A stretch of DNA of 39,705 nt from a virus (Duplodnaviria; Caudoviricetes): positions 1 through 39,705 of IMG/VR virus record IMGVR_UViG_3300048080_000499. One strand, written 5' to 3'. Below are positions 17,463 to 28,600 of the stretch, piece after piece (within the stretch, counting starts at the first letter, position 1; each line of letters opens with the position of its first letter). Below the pieces are notes generated by a model. It ran no database searches, had not been told where the DNA came from, and worked only from the letters and a program-made list of their open reading frames with translations. Position numbers and translations under genes: made by a program.

Positions 17463-18218
17463 CTAACGCTTCCCGGCGCGCTGCTTCGCCTCTTTCGCCG
17501 CGAGGCCGTAGAGCGTCCCCGGGGAGCTGATCTTTGCAAGTGGGTTTCGTCCCGGGGCCGGCCCCCCGCCCGGCCCGAGGCCCGGCATCGCCGCCGGGTT
17601 GGGGTTTTGTGCGCGCGCCAGGCGCGCCAGCTTCTTCTGCCCGGCCAGCACGATGGAGGCCAGATACCCCTGCGCCGAGTCGTTCCGGATCTCGGCTGCT
17701 TCGGGGTCCTCGCCCGTCAGCCCGTACATCTCGGCCAGCGCGTACCCCTGCGCCGTCACCGGGTCGGTCTCTTCGCCATCCGACTGACGACTGAGGACTG
17801 ACGACTGAGGACTGCCCTCATCCTGCCCGTTGCCCCCCAGCAATTCCTGCTCGGTCAGCGCTTTGAGAAAGGCGGCCTGCCGGTCGGGCGGGATCACCAC
17901 CCCGCTCGCCTGGGCCACTTCCAGAATGCGCCTGTCCCGATCCTGGGCTTGCTGTTGCGCCAGCAGCTTCTGCAGGTTGCGGTCGCGCTTGTCCAGCGAG
18001 GACTGTATCCGGCGACCCTGCTCATCCAGGATCGCCAGCAAATCCTCGCGCGTCACAAACGCGGGCACCGCCATCTGCGCAGCCGCCGCTCCCGGGATCT
18101 CGCCAGCCTGATCGGCCGGGAGACCTGAAGCAGCCTCAGCGCTCGCATCCGCCGGGACGGTGTCGCCCTGGCCGACCAGCGCCGCCGCGTCAAACGGCTT
18201 CAGACTCTTGTCGCTCAT
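17463..18218 (-). CDS. Capsid scaffolding protein
   Basis: Acidic and coiled-coil, immediately upstream of MCP. Confidence 0.65.
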   Translation of the reverse strand: MSDKSLKPFDAAALVGQGDTVPADASAEAASGLPADQAGEIPGAAAAQMAVPAFVTREDLLAILDEQGRRIQSSLDKRDRNLQKLLAQQQAQDRDRRILEVAQASGVVIPPDRQAAFLKALTEQELLGGNGQDEGSPQSSVLSRQSDGEETDPVTAQGYALAEMYGLTGEDPEAAEIRNDSAQGYLASIVLAGQKKLARLARAQNPNPAAMPGLGPGGGPAPGRNPLAKISSPGTLYGLAAKEAKQRAGKR

Positions 18219-18255
18219 CTCGTGCTCCCTGCCAGGCTCCACATGGAAGCCGGGC

Positions 18256-18320
18256 AAAAATAAAACCGGGGCCGCTCATCCTCAAGGATGTGCGACCCCG
18301 GTCTCATCGACTCTAACGGG
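18256..18320 (-). terminator. Leader terminator with conserved upstream motif (site B)
   Basis: CCCGTTAGAGTCGATGAG-ACCGGGG...CCCCGGT-TTTATTTTT. Confidence 0.75.
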
Positions 18321-18484
18321 TCAGTCTATTCAGTTTGGGGCCGGCCCCACGCCTGGCACAGGGGTTTGGCGGGTAACCCCGCTACGCCCCTGCACCAGGC
18401 TTTGCGGTGGCTGGCGTCAAAACTCCACCTACCGATACGCCACACCCCGGCGAGGGTGAGGGGGGCACCCTCCCCGGGGCTGTC
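18321..18484 (-). ncRNA. Structured leader or small RNA (hairpins and possible pseudoknot)
   Basis: Lies between a sigma70-like promoter and a terminator; four consecutive helical elements. Confidence 0.5.
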
Positions 18485-18487
18485 CTT

Positions 18488-18515
18488 ATGATAGCCCGAT
18501 TCCTCCGGGCGTCAA
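18488..18515 (-). promoter_or_regulatory. sigma70-type promoter for the capsid unit
   Basis: TTGACG-N16-TATCAT. Confidence 0.6.
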
Positions 18516-18547
18516 CTCTTCATCCTTCCGCCTTCATCCTTCTGCCT

Positions 18548-19240
18548 TTAATCGTCCCGCCACGTCGCCCAGCGGAACCAGTGCTGCTGATCCAGGTTGA
18601 AGGGCAGCCGCGTGTAGGGCGTTCCCCGCTTCCACAGCACGTACGGCAGGCTCAGTTGGTCGGCGTACGTCCAGCGCCGGCACTCCTCCCACCAGGCCTC
18701 GTCCAGCGCCACCACCCCCCGGTCGTTGTGCCGCCGCACGATGCACGTGCACTCCAGCAGGGGCACTTGGTCAGCATAGCCCTCCGCGAAATAGCTCGCC
18801 ACCTGCTCCCGGATCGGCAATCCCGCGTACTTGCGCAGCGGCAGGTGCGCCGCCAGCTCCTCCGCCAGCGTCGTGCGCCAGCGATGCGGGAAGAACGCCA
18901 CCGCCGACTCCTTAACATAGCGCGCCAGGTCGCGCACCAGGTGCGGCGAGTGCACGCGCAGCGAGGCGTCCACCCACACGCTCAGGTCGTAATCCCTCAG
19001 GCACTCGTGCGGGTTGAGCTTGAAATACTTGGCCTGCATCCGGGGGTGGCTCTCCGGCCCCAGGCCGGTCCCCGCGTAGGCGGGGATCACCTGCCAGCCC
19101 TCGGCGTGCCCTGAGCCGGCCGAAGGGGCGCGGTCGGTGAACGCGATGCAATCCGCGTGCCCGCCCTCCCACGCCTGCGGGATCACCGGCCGGAGTTCAT
19201 CTCGATCGCCGAAACAAGAAGTATAGAGCACAACGCGCAT
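18548..19240 (-). CDS. DUF616 (TOD1/MUCI70-like) glycosyltransferase-domain protein
   Basis: VLYTSCFG..DEL, CIAFTD, AKYFKLNPH..L.DYD.SVWVDAS, DQLSLPYVLWK. Confidence 0.75.
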   Translation of the reverse strand: MRVVLYTSCFGDRDELRPVIPQAWEGGHADCIAFTDRAPSAGSGHAEGWQVIPAYAGTGLGPESHPRMQAKYFKLNPHECLRDYDLSVWVDASLRVHSPHLVRDLARYVKESAVAFFPHRWRTTLAEELAAHLPLRKYAGLPIREQVASYFAEGYADQVPLLECTCIVRRHNDRGVVALDEAWWEECRRWTYADQLSLPYVLWKRGTPYTRLPFNLDQQHWFRWATWRDD

Positions 19241-19247
19241 TCTGCCT

Positions 19248-19889
19248 TCAGCCTTCAGCCTTCAGCCTTCTGGATAGCACCCCCAGCCCGAACTGCGCCT
19301 CCGGAAAGACCGGCGGCTCGCAGATCATCCCCTGCCACTCCGGATGCGCCGCCAGCCATTCGTGGATCGCCTGCTTGACCCCGCCCTTTCCCTCCACGTC
19401 CAGGCTGCGCGCGTGCTCGCTCGCGTCGTGCAGCAGCACGAGCGTCCCCGGGTCGGCCACACGTCCGCAGTAGATCTCCAGCTCCCTCACCGTCTGCTGA
19501 TAGTGGTGCGTGGTGTCAATATAGATCGCGTCCCAGGGACCTAACTTCGCCCTGGCGACCACGTGCCCGTCGTGGGAGAAGCCCTTCAGGAAGCTGATGT
19601 TGTTGTCCAACCCCGCCAGGCGCGCGTAGTGCTTGGCCTGCTGCAAATAGCCATCGTCCGGGTCCACGCTGACCACCAGGCCCCTGGGGAAAACCAGGTC
19701 GGCCAGCACCAGCGCCGACCAGCCCAGGTAGGTGCCCAGTTGCAGCACGTTCGTCGCGCCCTGGGCGGCCAGCAGTCCGACCAGGATGTTCAGCTCTCCC
19801 TCCGGCGTCGAGCCGCGCACATCCTGCTCCTGCGCCATGCGCGCCAGCGCCGCCCGCGTCTGCGGTCGCAACGCATCTTGATAACTCAT
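19248..19889 (-). CDS. Class I SAM-dependent methyltransferase (Methyltransf_24-like)
   Basis: VLQLGTYLGWS...SVD...WDAIYIDTTHHY...LLHD...GV. Confidence 0.8.
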   Translation of the reverse strand: MSYQDALRPQTRAALARMAQEQDVRGSTPEGELNILVGLLAAQGATNVLQLGTYLGWSALVLADLVFPRGLVVSVDPDDGYLQQAKHYARLAGLDNNISFLKGFSHDGHVVARAKLGPWDAIYIDTTHHYQQTVRELEIYCGRVADPGTLVLLHDASEHARSLDVEGKGGVKQAIHEWLAAHPEWQGMICEPPVFPEAQFGLGVLSRRLKAEG

Positions 19890-20467
19890 CTCGACACCAC
19901 CAGCACATTGCGCGTCAGCCAGCCCACCCGCTGGCACTCGGGATCCGCCTGGATCGCCGCGCGGATCATCGCGTCGAACGGGTCGCGCCAGTAGCCCCTC
20001 TCCCGGAACAGCGCCTCCCAATACTCCACCGGCTGCTCGTTGTGGTGGTGCTGCCCGCCCTGCCCCGGCGTCGCCGCCGACCACACCACCACCCGCCCGC
20101 ACAGCGTCGCCGAGAAGACCAGGTTGTGCGCGTACTCCGGGTACAGGTGCTCGCCCACCTCGATGCACAGACAGATATCCGCGAAGAACGGCGGCCCCAC
20201 CGGCTGGCGCAGGTCGGCGCGCCGGAACTCCAGTTGCGCCAGCGCCTGCCCGGCCGCCGGGTCGGCGTCCACCCCCAGCACGGCGCACCCCGCCGCGCGG
20301 AAGGGCAGCAGGTAGATCCCCGGCCCGCAGCCCAGGTCGATCACCGCCCGCGGCTTGTAGGTCTTCAGCAGCAGCGCGCCCAGAAACTGCGCCTGGCCCG
20401 CCTCCCAGGTCGTGATGAAGTCCATCGCCTCCTGGCCGTAGTCGTCCAGCGGTGGCAGCCCGGTCAT
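19886..20467 (-). CDS. SAM-dependent methyltransferase
   Basis: VIDLGCGPG...DICLCIEVGEHL...SAATPGQGGQHHHNEQP..YW. Confidence 0.85.
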   Translation of the reverse strand: MTGLPPLDDYGQEAMDFITTWEAGQAQFLGALLLKTYKPRAVIDLGCGPGIYLLPFRAAGCAVLGVDADPAAGQALAQLEFRRADLRQPVGPPFFADICLCIEVGEHLYPEYAHNLVFSATLCGRVVVWSAATPGQGGQHHHNEQPVEYWEALFRERGYWRDPFDAMIRAAIQADPECQRVGWLTRNVLVVSR

Positions 20468-20583
20468 ACCGGCGCCAGCATCACAAGTATGACCAGCGCT
20501 GCCACAGCCGCGGCCACGAGGAGCAGGTGCGTGGCGAAAGAAAGCAGGCGATCGATGATGAGTGTGCGATCCCCAGCGGTCAT
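20464..20583 (-). CDS. Small membrane peptide (39 aa)
   Basis: MTAGDRTLIIDRLLSFATHLLLVAAAVAALVILVMLAPV; ATGA overlaps at both ends. Confidence 0.55.
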   Translation of the reverse strand: MTAGDRTLIIDRLLSFATHLLLVAAAVAALVILVMLAPV

Positions 20584-21311
20584 ACGTTAATCCCCATCTC
20601 GGCCAGCCTCTCCGCCCCCCACTTCTCTACGAACTTCTGCCGGTTGGTCGTGAGTAGGGACCCAATAACTTGTGGCCCGTCCAGCCGCTCCATCGTCGCG
20701 TGCATTTGGTGGTGCAGCCACACGCTCTCGGCCACCCTCAGCGTGTACCCCGCGCGCCGCAGCCGCACCGAATAGTCGAAGTCCTCGTAGTTGCCCGGGT
20801 CGAAGCGCTCGTCCAGGAAGCCGATCTGCTTGAAAGCGCTCTTGCGCACCATCAGCGCGAAGCCGATCAGCACCGGCACAGTCTTGAACACCGAGACGCC
20901 CATCCCCTCCGCCCGGCGTTGAAAGCCGAACACCCGGTCCGTCACCGCGCCCACCGCGCCCACGCGTGGGTCATCAAAGTGCATCCCCCACCTGCGCAGC
21001 CAGCCGTCGTCGCCCGTGGGCACGGCCACGTCGTTGTTCAGCCACAGCACGAACTCCGCTTTGCCAAACAGCGCCACGCCCAGCCCGCAGTTCATCGCCC
21101 GGCAGAAGCCCCGGTTCTCGGTGAGCAACACCATGGTCACGTCCGGGTAATCGCGCACCAGCGCCTCGACTCCCGCGCGCGCGCTCCCGCCATCCACGTA
21201 GATCAGGCGGTAGCCCACGCCCGGCTGCTTGACCCTGATAGAGTCAAGACACCGGCGCGTCAGCTCGAAGTTGTCCCAGCCGGGGATGATGATGTCTACC
21301 ATGTTGCTCAT
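20580..21311 (-). CDS. Glycosyltransferase family 2
   Basis: IIIP..., VDGGS, NRGF...N.G, WLNND, IGFLDERF..GNYEDFDYSVR. Confidence 0.9.
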   Translation of the reverse strand: MSNMVDIIIPGWDNFELTRRCLDSIRVKQPGVGYRLIYVDGGSARAGVEALVRDYPDVTMVLLTENRGFCRAMNCGLGVALFGKAEFVLWLNNDVAVPTGDDGWLRRWGMHFDDPRVGAVGAVTDRVFGFQRRAEGMGVSVFKTVPVLIGFALMVRKSAFKQIGFLDERFDPGNYEDFDYSVRLRRAGYTLRVAESVWLHHQMHATMERLDGPQVIGSLLTTNRQKFVEKWGAERLAEMGINV

Positions 21312-22120
21312 GCTTCCCCTCCCATCGGCGGGATCGCCGGCGTGTCCCCCGCCCCATCTGCGTCCATCTGCGAAATCTGCGGATCACTCTCCAACCTGAG
21401 CGCCGAGGGCGGCACGGCCGGCGGGTGGTCGGCCCAGTAATCCAGGTGCGTCTGCTGGTCCACAAACCCCAGCGTGACGTGGGGCGACTCGAAGAACAGG
21501 TCCACGTAGTGTTTGATCCCGGCCTTGCGGCACAGTTCCCCAAAGTGCATGTCTTCGCTGGGCATGTGCAGCTCACCCTGCGGCCCCACCCGGTAGTCGT
21601 AGCGGAAATACCATGGCCCCAGCCCGCGCCGGTCCAGCTCGTCGAACACCCAGCGCTGGATCGCGATCGCCCCCGTCCCCACCTGCGCCATCTCGAAGAG
21701 CCCCGGCGGGAACGTCGCCAGGTGGTGGATGTCCCCATTCACCCCGGCCCGGAAGGCACACGCCTCGTACGGCTCGCCGCGCCGGAACATCAGCGGCGCC
21801 ACCACCCCCACATCGTGCGCCACCAGCCGCGCGATGATGTTCGCGGGGTGGTCGTGGTCCACGTCGAGCATGACCAGCGTGTCCGTGGGCTGCGTGGACA
21901 CTGCCTTGAACGCCAGCGCCAGCCCCATGCGCGCGACGTCGGTCCGCCCATACTCGCACGCGATGCGCAGGTAGCCGCGCTTCCCCGCCTGGTAAGCCAC
22001 CCGCTCGCGCACCTGCCCCGCCAGGTCGTACTCGCAGCGCTCGCTCAGGAACGCGTACCAGACCCGCTTGGCCCTTGGCCCTTCTTCCCTTGGCCCTTGG
22101 CCCTTGCTCTCGTCTGTCAT
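21308..22120 (-). CDS. GT-A fold glycosyltransferase-like protein
   Basis: LVMLDVDH, GTGAIAIQRWVF, SEDMHF...GIKHYVD. Confidence 0.75.
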   Translation of the reverse strand: MTDESKGQGPREEGPRAKRVWYAFLSERCEYDLAGQVRERVAYQAGKRGYLRIACEYGRTDVARMGLALAFKAVSTQPTDTLVMLDVDHDHPANIIARLVAHDVGVVAPLMFRRGEPYEACAFRAGVNGDIHHLATFPPGLFEMAQVGTGAIAIQRWVFDELDRRGLGPWYFRYDYRVGPQGELHMPSEDMHFGELCRKAGIKHYVDLFFESPHVTLGFVDQQTHLDYWADHPPAVPPSALRLESDPQISQMDADGAGDTPAIPPMGGEA

Positions 22121-22208
22121 ATAGACATCCTTCTATGTTACAATGTCGGGGCGCGCGGTGGGGAGTCCCCCGGCTGCCCGGGACAAGGCTCGCCGCTGGA
22201 CTCCCCGG

Positions 22209-22634
22209 TCACAGTAGCCCCAGCGCTTGCGCTCTTCGCCCAAACCGCGCGACCATCCGCCCCAGCGCGTAGCAGTACTGTTCCTCAACCGGCATCGTGT
22301 TGCTCGCCTCCAGCCACTTCCGCGTCAGCCCTTTGCGCTCCCCATACGCAAACATCGCGTGGGCGAACTCGTGCGTCACAGCCTCGTTCCATAAACCCCT
22401 GCAATACAGGCTCACACACCCGATGCACCCCGGACGTTTTGAACTCTTGAAAGTCTGCATCGCTCCACCTGTGCTGTTTGAGAAGCCCCCGGTCCCCCAC
22501 GCTTTTCCCTCTGCCCTCAATGCCTCCAGCATCTCTCGCTTCGTCACAAAAACTCGCACGTACACAAACAGACCATGCCCCTCGCGCGGCCCACAATACA
22601 CGCGCAGCTGCCGATAGCCCGTACGGGCCTTCAC
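22209..22634 (-). CDS. HExxH-motif (zincin-like) small protein
   Basis: GTGA overlap with the giant gene stop; AVTHEFAH...EEQYCY. Confidence 0.65.
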   Translation of the reverse strand: MKARTGYRQLRVYCGPREGHGLFVYVRVFVTKREMLEALRAEGKAWGTGGFSNSTGGAMQTFKSSKRPGCIGCVSLYCRGLWNEAVTHEFAHAMFAYGERKGLTRKWLEASNTMPVEEQYCYALGRMVARFGRRAQALGLL

Positions 22635-25600
22635 CTTGCTCCCGTGATCTGATCGTACGCCACCCCATACCTCGGCACCGCCGCCGCCGCCGGGCGCTCC
22701 GCCTGCTGCCCCACGAACATCGCCAGCTCCCGCCCGCTCAGCCCCTTGGCCACTCCCGCGTTGTACGCCGCCGCAATGCGCGGCATCATCAGGCTGAACT
22801 GCAGCGCCGGGTCGTAGCGCTGCTCGACCGTGTACCCATAGCCCACTCCCCGGTCGTGCAGTTGGAAGAGACCCACGCTGTGGCCGGCGTCTCCCACCGC
22901 GCGCGCGTTGCCGTTCGACTCTGCCTTGATGAGAGCGAGAATGAACTCCGGCGGCACGCCCGCCTCGCCCCCGTACTGCGCCGCCATCTCCGCCCAGGCC
23001 ATTACCCCCTCGGTGCCCCCCTGCGGCGTCGTCGCATACGGGTTCGGCGCAATATTGTTGCCGCTCGGCGCAACATTTCCACTCGGCGCCGCTGACGACT
23101 TCGGACTGGCGACTTCGGACTGACGACTTCGGACTGGCGACTGACTGGGCGGTGTTCCCGGATACGTCCACGCCGCCCCGGCTGAGCCGGTCGAAGCCCC
23201 GTAGCTCAGCGCCTCTCCGCCCAGGTTCCCACCATAGGCTAACACGTTCACGAGCCAGGCGTCAAAGTTGCCGCGCCCCCGCCCCCCGGTGGGGAGATCG
23301 GGGGCCCGCCCGGGGCGGTTCCCCTGCCGCTCAAACTCCTGTTGCAGGATCAGGCGCGCCGCCGAGGGCAGCGGCTCGTCCGCGAAGAGATAGGCTGTCA
23401 CCAGCAATTGAATCTCCGGGCTGCCCAACACCTGGCGTCCCTGCTCCGGCTGACTCTCCGGGGTTGGGGCCCCGGCGGCCGTCTCTGGCTGCCCCTGTTC
23501 GGTAATATAGGGCGCCGAAACCGGGTGCGCCGCCAGCCACCCGCGCCGCCAGTCCCAATACTCCCCCAGCTCCGGGTGCTGCTGCACGAAGGCCGTGCGC
23601 GCGCTCACGTCCGTCTCGTCCAGGTAGCCCGCCTCGCGCGGGTGCTGCGCCTTCCACGTGTCGCGCCAGTCCCAGTAGCGCTCCAGCTCCGGGAAGCGCG
23701 CGCGGAACCCCTTGCGCAGCTGCTCCTCCGGGTGCTCGGCCTTGTACGTCCGGTTCCACTCCCAGTAGGCCACCAGCTCCGGGTGCGCCTCGCGATAGGC
23801 CTTGCGCTCTTTGCCCCGCTCCGGCAGCGCGAAGTAGGCGTCCTGCGTGCCGAAGATGCCGGGGTAGAGTCGGTCGCGCTCGGCCGTCTGCAACACCTCC
23901 GGCAGGTTGAAGTACATCTCCTGCAGATCCCCGATCGTCGGGAACAGGCGGTCCTTGGCCGTGTAGAACTCTTCCACCGCCGGGGGATAGGGCGTGTCCG
24001 TCGCGCGCGCGTGCTCCGGGATCTGGAAGTAAGCGCTCTGCAGCGCCCGCACCCAGTCCATGTCGAAGCGCTCGCGCTGGGCGTAGAACTGCTGCGCCTC
24101 CTGCGCCACCTCCGGCGGGGCGAACTCGATCCGCTGCGGGTCGCCCTCCACCGCGCGCGGCACGTACTGCCCCAGCGTGCGCGCCCAGGCCGCCAGCACC
24201 TCGACCGGGATCGCGTCGTACGAGCGCGTTTCTTTGGACAGGAACCCCTCCGTGAAGTCGTCCCCAAAGGCCTGCGTCACCTGCCGCCGGTAGAGCGCTG
24301 GCAGCGCGTCGTAGCCCGTCCACACCTGGTCAATCAAAAAGTTCCGGACTCTTTCCTCGGGCTTGTCGTACAGCGCCAGGCGCGCCTCGTACTCCGGGTG
24401 CTGCTCGAAGAAGCGGCTCAAGGCCTCCGGGTCGCCGTCGTCCTGCGCCCGGTAAGCGGCCGAGAACAGCTCGCCCAGCAGCCGCTGGCGCTGCTCGCCC
24501 TCCGGGAAGACCCCCGACGTCGTCCCGAAGATCATCCCCGTCAGCGTCCCGAACCCGCCCACCTGCGCCGCCCGCCGCTGCGCTGTTTCAAAGACCGGCC
24601 CCGCCCGGTCAATCATCGCCGCGCTCGCCTGCTTCGGGGTGATCAGCCCCTCCGCCGCCATGTTGGCCAGCTCGCGATCCACGCGGTAGTCCTCCCACTG
24701 GTCGAAGAGCGGCAGCCCGAAGTGCCGCCGCAGCCCGGCCTCCACGTTCACGCCCCCGGCCGGCCCGATCCCCAGCGCGGCCGTCAGCGCCTTGAGCTGG
24801 CGCGTCCCCGGCAGCGGCGCGATGCGCTCGGGCGTCCCGCGCGCCGCGTTCCAGGCCCAGGTCAGCGGCAGGTGCGGCCCCACCACCAGGCTCGCCAGGT
24901 CCACCCCGTCGAACTTCAGGTTCGCGTCGTCCGCCTGCGCCAGCTGCACCGCCCGCGCCCAGGCCGTCCCGGACTGCGTCTGCAGCGCCTCGGCGTACTC
25001 CGCCTGGCTGATCTGCCCGCCCGCCACCAAGTCCTCGAGCTTGCGCGCCGCCCGGCTCTCGAGCTTCGTGGTCGCCATCTGCAGCTGCTCCCACGGCTGG
25101 AAGAACTGGTTGATCGGCAGCCCGAACTGCATCGGGTCCACCCACATCCCGCCCCCCATCCACTCCGGCAGGAACGGCAGCGGGATCTTCACCCGCCCCT
25201 CCAGCCGGCTGGGAAAGCCCGGCTTCGTGACCTCCGCGCTCAGGAACTTCTGCACCCGGTAGTAGTTCGCCAGCAGCGCCGGCTTCTCGATCGCCCTCAG
25301 CGCCCACTGCAGCATCGAGTGCGTCATCCAGAATTCGTAGGGAAATACGAGACCTAAGAAGTTGTTGAACTGGTAACGGCGGCTGTAGTTCAGCAGCGCC
25401 GCGTCGCGCTTGAACTGCCCCCACTTCAGCGCGAAGAGCTTCGCCTCCGACATGCGCCCGCCCACGTCGTTCAGCCAGGCGCGCACCCCCGCCTGCACCT
25501 CCGGCGGCAGCGACGCATGTCCGCGGACAACGCCCTGCGCCACCGAGCGCTCGACTCTCCCCTGCAGGTCGTCCAGCACCGGCAGCATCCGGTCGTACCA

Positions 25601-28600
25601 GGCCTCCTCGCGCGCCGCCGCGTGCGGCAGCGGCCCGCCGCCCGTCAGGTCGTCCAGCGTCCCCGGCGGCAGGAACGCGCTCTGCCCCGTGCGCGCCGGC
25701 ACCCGCTGTACAATCCCCGTCTCGATCTCGCGCACCAGCCAGGCCCCGTCCTCGGCCTGCCCGAGCAGCACCCCGCGCTTCCCGTCCGGGAGTGTGAACT
25801 CCTCACCGCCGCCCGCCTGCGCACGGATGGACGAGTCGAGGGCTTCGGTCTGGAATAGAGTCCCCTGCCCCTTCGCGCGCTCCCAGGCCACGGCCCCGTC
25901 CACGCCCGGCTCGCGCTGCGCGATCTCCGCGTAGTTTCGCAGCCACGTGCTCACCTCGTCGGCGCTCGGCGCGCTGCCCAGGTCCGCCAGCAGACTCTTC
26001 TGGAAGGGCGTCAGCGGCGGCGACTGCGCCAGGTAGTCGCTCACCGTATACATCCCCTCCGCCTTCAGCGCGGCTAGTTCCTCGACCGCCACGGTCAGGT
26101 CATCGGCCAACGCTCGGGCCGCCTCGCCCGCCATGGCGATCCCCGTCCGCGCTGCGCGCACGCTTGGGTCCACGTCCGGCAGGGGCGGGACTTCGGCCGT
26201 CATCGCCTGCGCCGCCTGTGTCTCGGACGCCGCCTCCTGCCGCAGCTGGTTCATCTCGCGCAAGAGCACGCCCGCGGGATCCGCCCGCTGCTCCTTGAAG
26301 AGCTGCCGGTAGAGCTTGTTGGCTTTGCGCTGTTTCTTCTTCGCGGAGGCCAGCAGCTTCGTCGCCTCGTCCCGCGCCGCGTTCAGCGCCGCCTGCGCCT
26401 CGGGCGGCAACGGCGCACCCCGCACCGCCTCGGCCGGCACCGGCTCGGCCCTCCCCTCCGGCACCTCCGCGTGCGAGATCAGGTCGCGGCTGAGCGTGTA
26501 CTCCTCCCCGCCCGGCAGCCGTACCCGCACCGCCCCCGGGAAGTCGGCCAGCACCTCCGCCCCCGCCACGCTTGTCTTGGCCGCCCACACCCGCCCGCCC
26601 ACGAGCGCCTGGTCGTAGTTCAGTGTGATCTCCATCCCGGGCGTCAGCGCCGGTGGCCTGAAGGGCTGGATCGCCGCCGCGCCCTGAGCTTGTCGAAGGG
26701 TCTCCCCTCCCAGCAGCCGGTCGAACACCCCCGCCATCTCGTCCTCGACCGGGTGGATGAAGTTCGCCGCCGCCGCGTAGATCTCCCGCAGCCAGTCGCG
26801 CAGCCGCTCGAACACCCGCACCAGCGCCGGGGTCGGGGCCTGCGCCGTCGCCAGATAGCGCTCGAAGTCTCCGGCAAAAGACTCTTCGTGCCCCACTTCC
26901 CAAAGGCCATCGCGCACGCCGTAGTGCTGCTCGGCCACGCGCAGGTCCGCCTCGGGCAGGTCGCGCCGGAAGACGTGCCCGACCTCGTGCACCAGAGTCG
27001 AAACGTCCGGCCCCTCCAGCGCGCGGATGATCGCCCGCCCATCCGCCAGGAACTCCACCGCCCCCTTGTGCCGGAACGCCAGCGCGTCGGCCTGGTACAG
27101 GTTCAACGCTTCGGGGTGCAGCCGCTGCGCCTCGGCCAGCGCCGCGCGGTACCGGGTCGCCAGCGTGTGCTCGCGCGCGCTGAGTCCCTCGGGCAGCGTC
27201 TCGGCGCGCAGCCCGGTCAGCCGCGCCTCCATCGCCGACTCGCGCACGCCCTGCTCGCGCCACAGCAGATACAGGTCGGCCTCCGCCCGGCTCAGGCGCT
27301 TGATCTCGGCCGTCTGGAATAGCGCTGCTTCGCCCGCCCCGCCCTTCCTCACGCCCCGCAGGTGCGTCTCGTACCACTCCTGCCAGGGCCGCCCCGTGTC
27401 GCGCGCCCATGTGCGCGCGCGCGCATCCGTCAGCGCCAGCGTCGTGTCAATCTGCGAGGCCGTCACCTCGGGGAAAGAGTCCACCAGCTGCGCCCGGAAG
27501 CCTGCCCGGTTGAGCGTCACCCCCGGCGCGCCAATGAGATCCGGCTGCAGCGCCGCCGCCTTCTCCGCCTCGTCCAGCGCCGCCGTCACCGTCTCCACGA
27601 CCCGCGCAACTTCAGGAGCCGTCTCCACCGTAGGCCGTCCGGTGATCTCGATCCCATTCGCCGTCAGATAATCGGCCACCCGCTCCGCCGTCACCTGCCC
27701 GGACGTGACTGCGTAATACCCTTGCAATTCGCGATAGGGAACCGACCTCTGTTTCGTTCCGATGAGGATGTTGTGCAGCGCCTCTTCGCCCGCCGGAACC
27801 GTGGTGAGCGCCGCCACTTCGGGGGCGACCGCCGCGGGTGGAGCCGCTGCCACCGGCGGGGCCGCCGCTGCCGCAGCTTCAGGCGCAATCGCTGCGGGAA
27901 TGGGTTGGGGCTGCGCCGCCCCGCCTTCCGCCTCGCTCCGCGGCCTTCCGCCTTCCGCCCCAATCCCCCGCCGCACCTGGATCAGTTCCTGCATCGCCTC
28001 CCACCGCCGCCGCAATCTCTCGTCGTGGAACTCCGTCCAGGCCTTCGCCTGCGCCACCTCCGGCAGCGTGCGCACCTCCTGCCGGAAGGCCCGCACCCGC
28101 CCCATGTCCTCGGCGTTGAACTTCCGCACCGCCTCGCGCCAGGCTGCCACGCGCTCGGCGATCTCCGGCCCGGCGCGCCCGCGGTAAGCGGCCACCAGGT
28201 ACTCGTCCAGCCGCGCCGCGCGGGAGTCGAGCGCCTGCGCCAGGTCGAAATAGGCCGCGTCAATCGCGCGCGTCGTCTCGTTCCAGGCCGCCGTCCTCGT
28301 CCCGGGCGGGTGCTCCGTGTCGAAGAATGCGCGCAAGAGCCGCGTGCGCGTGTCGTTGAAGGCGCGGATGTCGGCCTGCTTCCCGCGCACGGCCGGCATG
28401 AACTCGTCCGCCAATCCTAAATTCGCCTTCCCCATCCCATCCGCCAGCCCCTGGTAGGCGGCCACCTCGCGCGCCTGGTAGTTCGTCCAGACCTCGTCCG
28501 CCTCGGCGAACAGCGCCCGCATCACCGCGCCCTTGGGCTTGCCCTCCCGGTAGACCTCCGCCCAGCGCCGGTCGAGGTTTTGCGCGTGGCGCGTGAACGT

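Noticed and set aside
22160-22206. GGGGAGTCC...GGACTCCCC hairpin as a fourth motif-gated terminator
   Set aside because: No U tract and no TTAGA..CGA.GAG motif; at most a stabilising or processing hairpin
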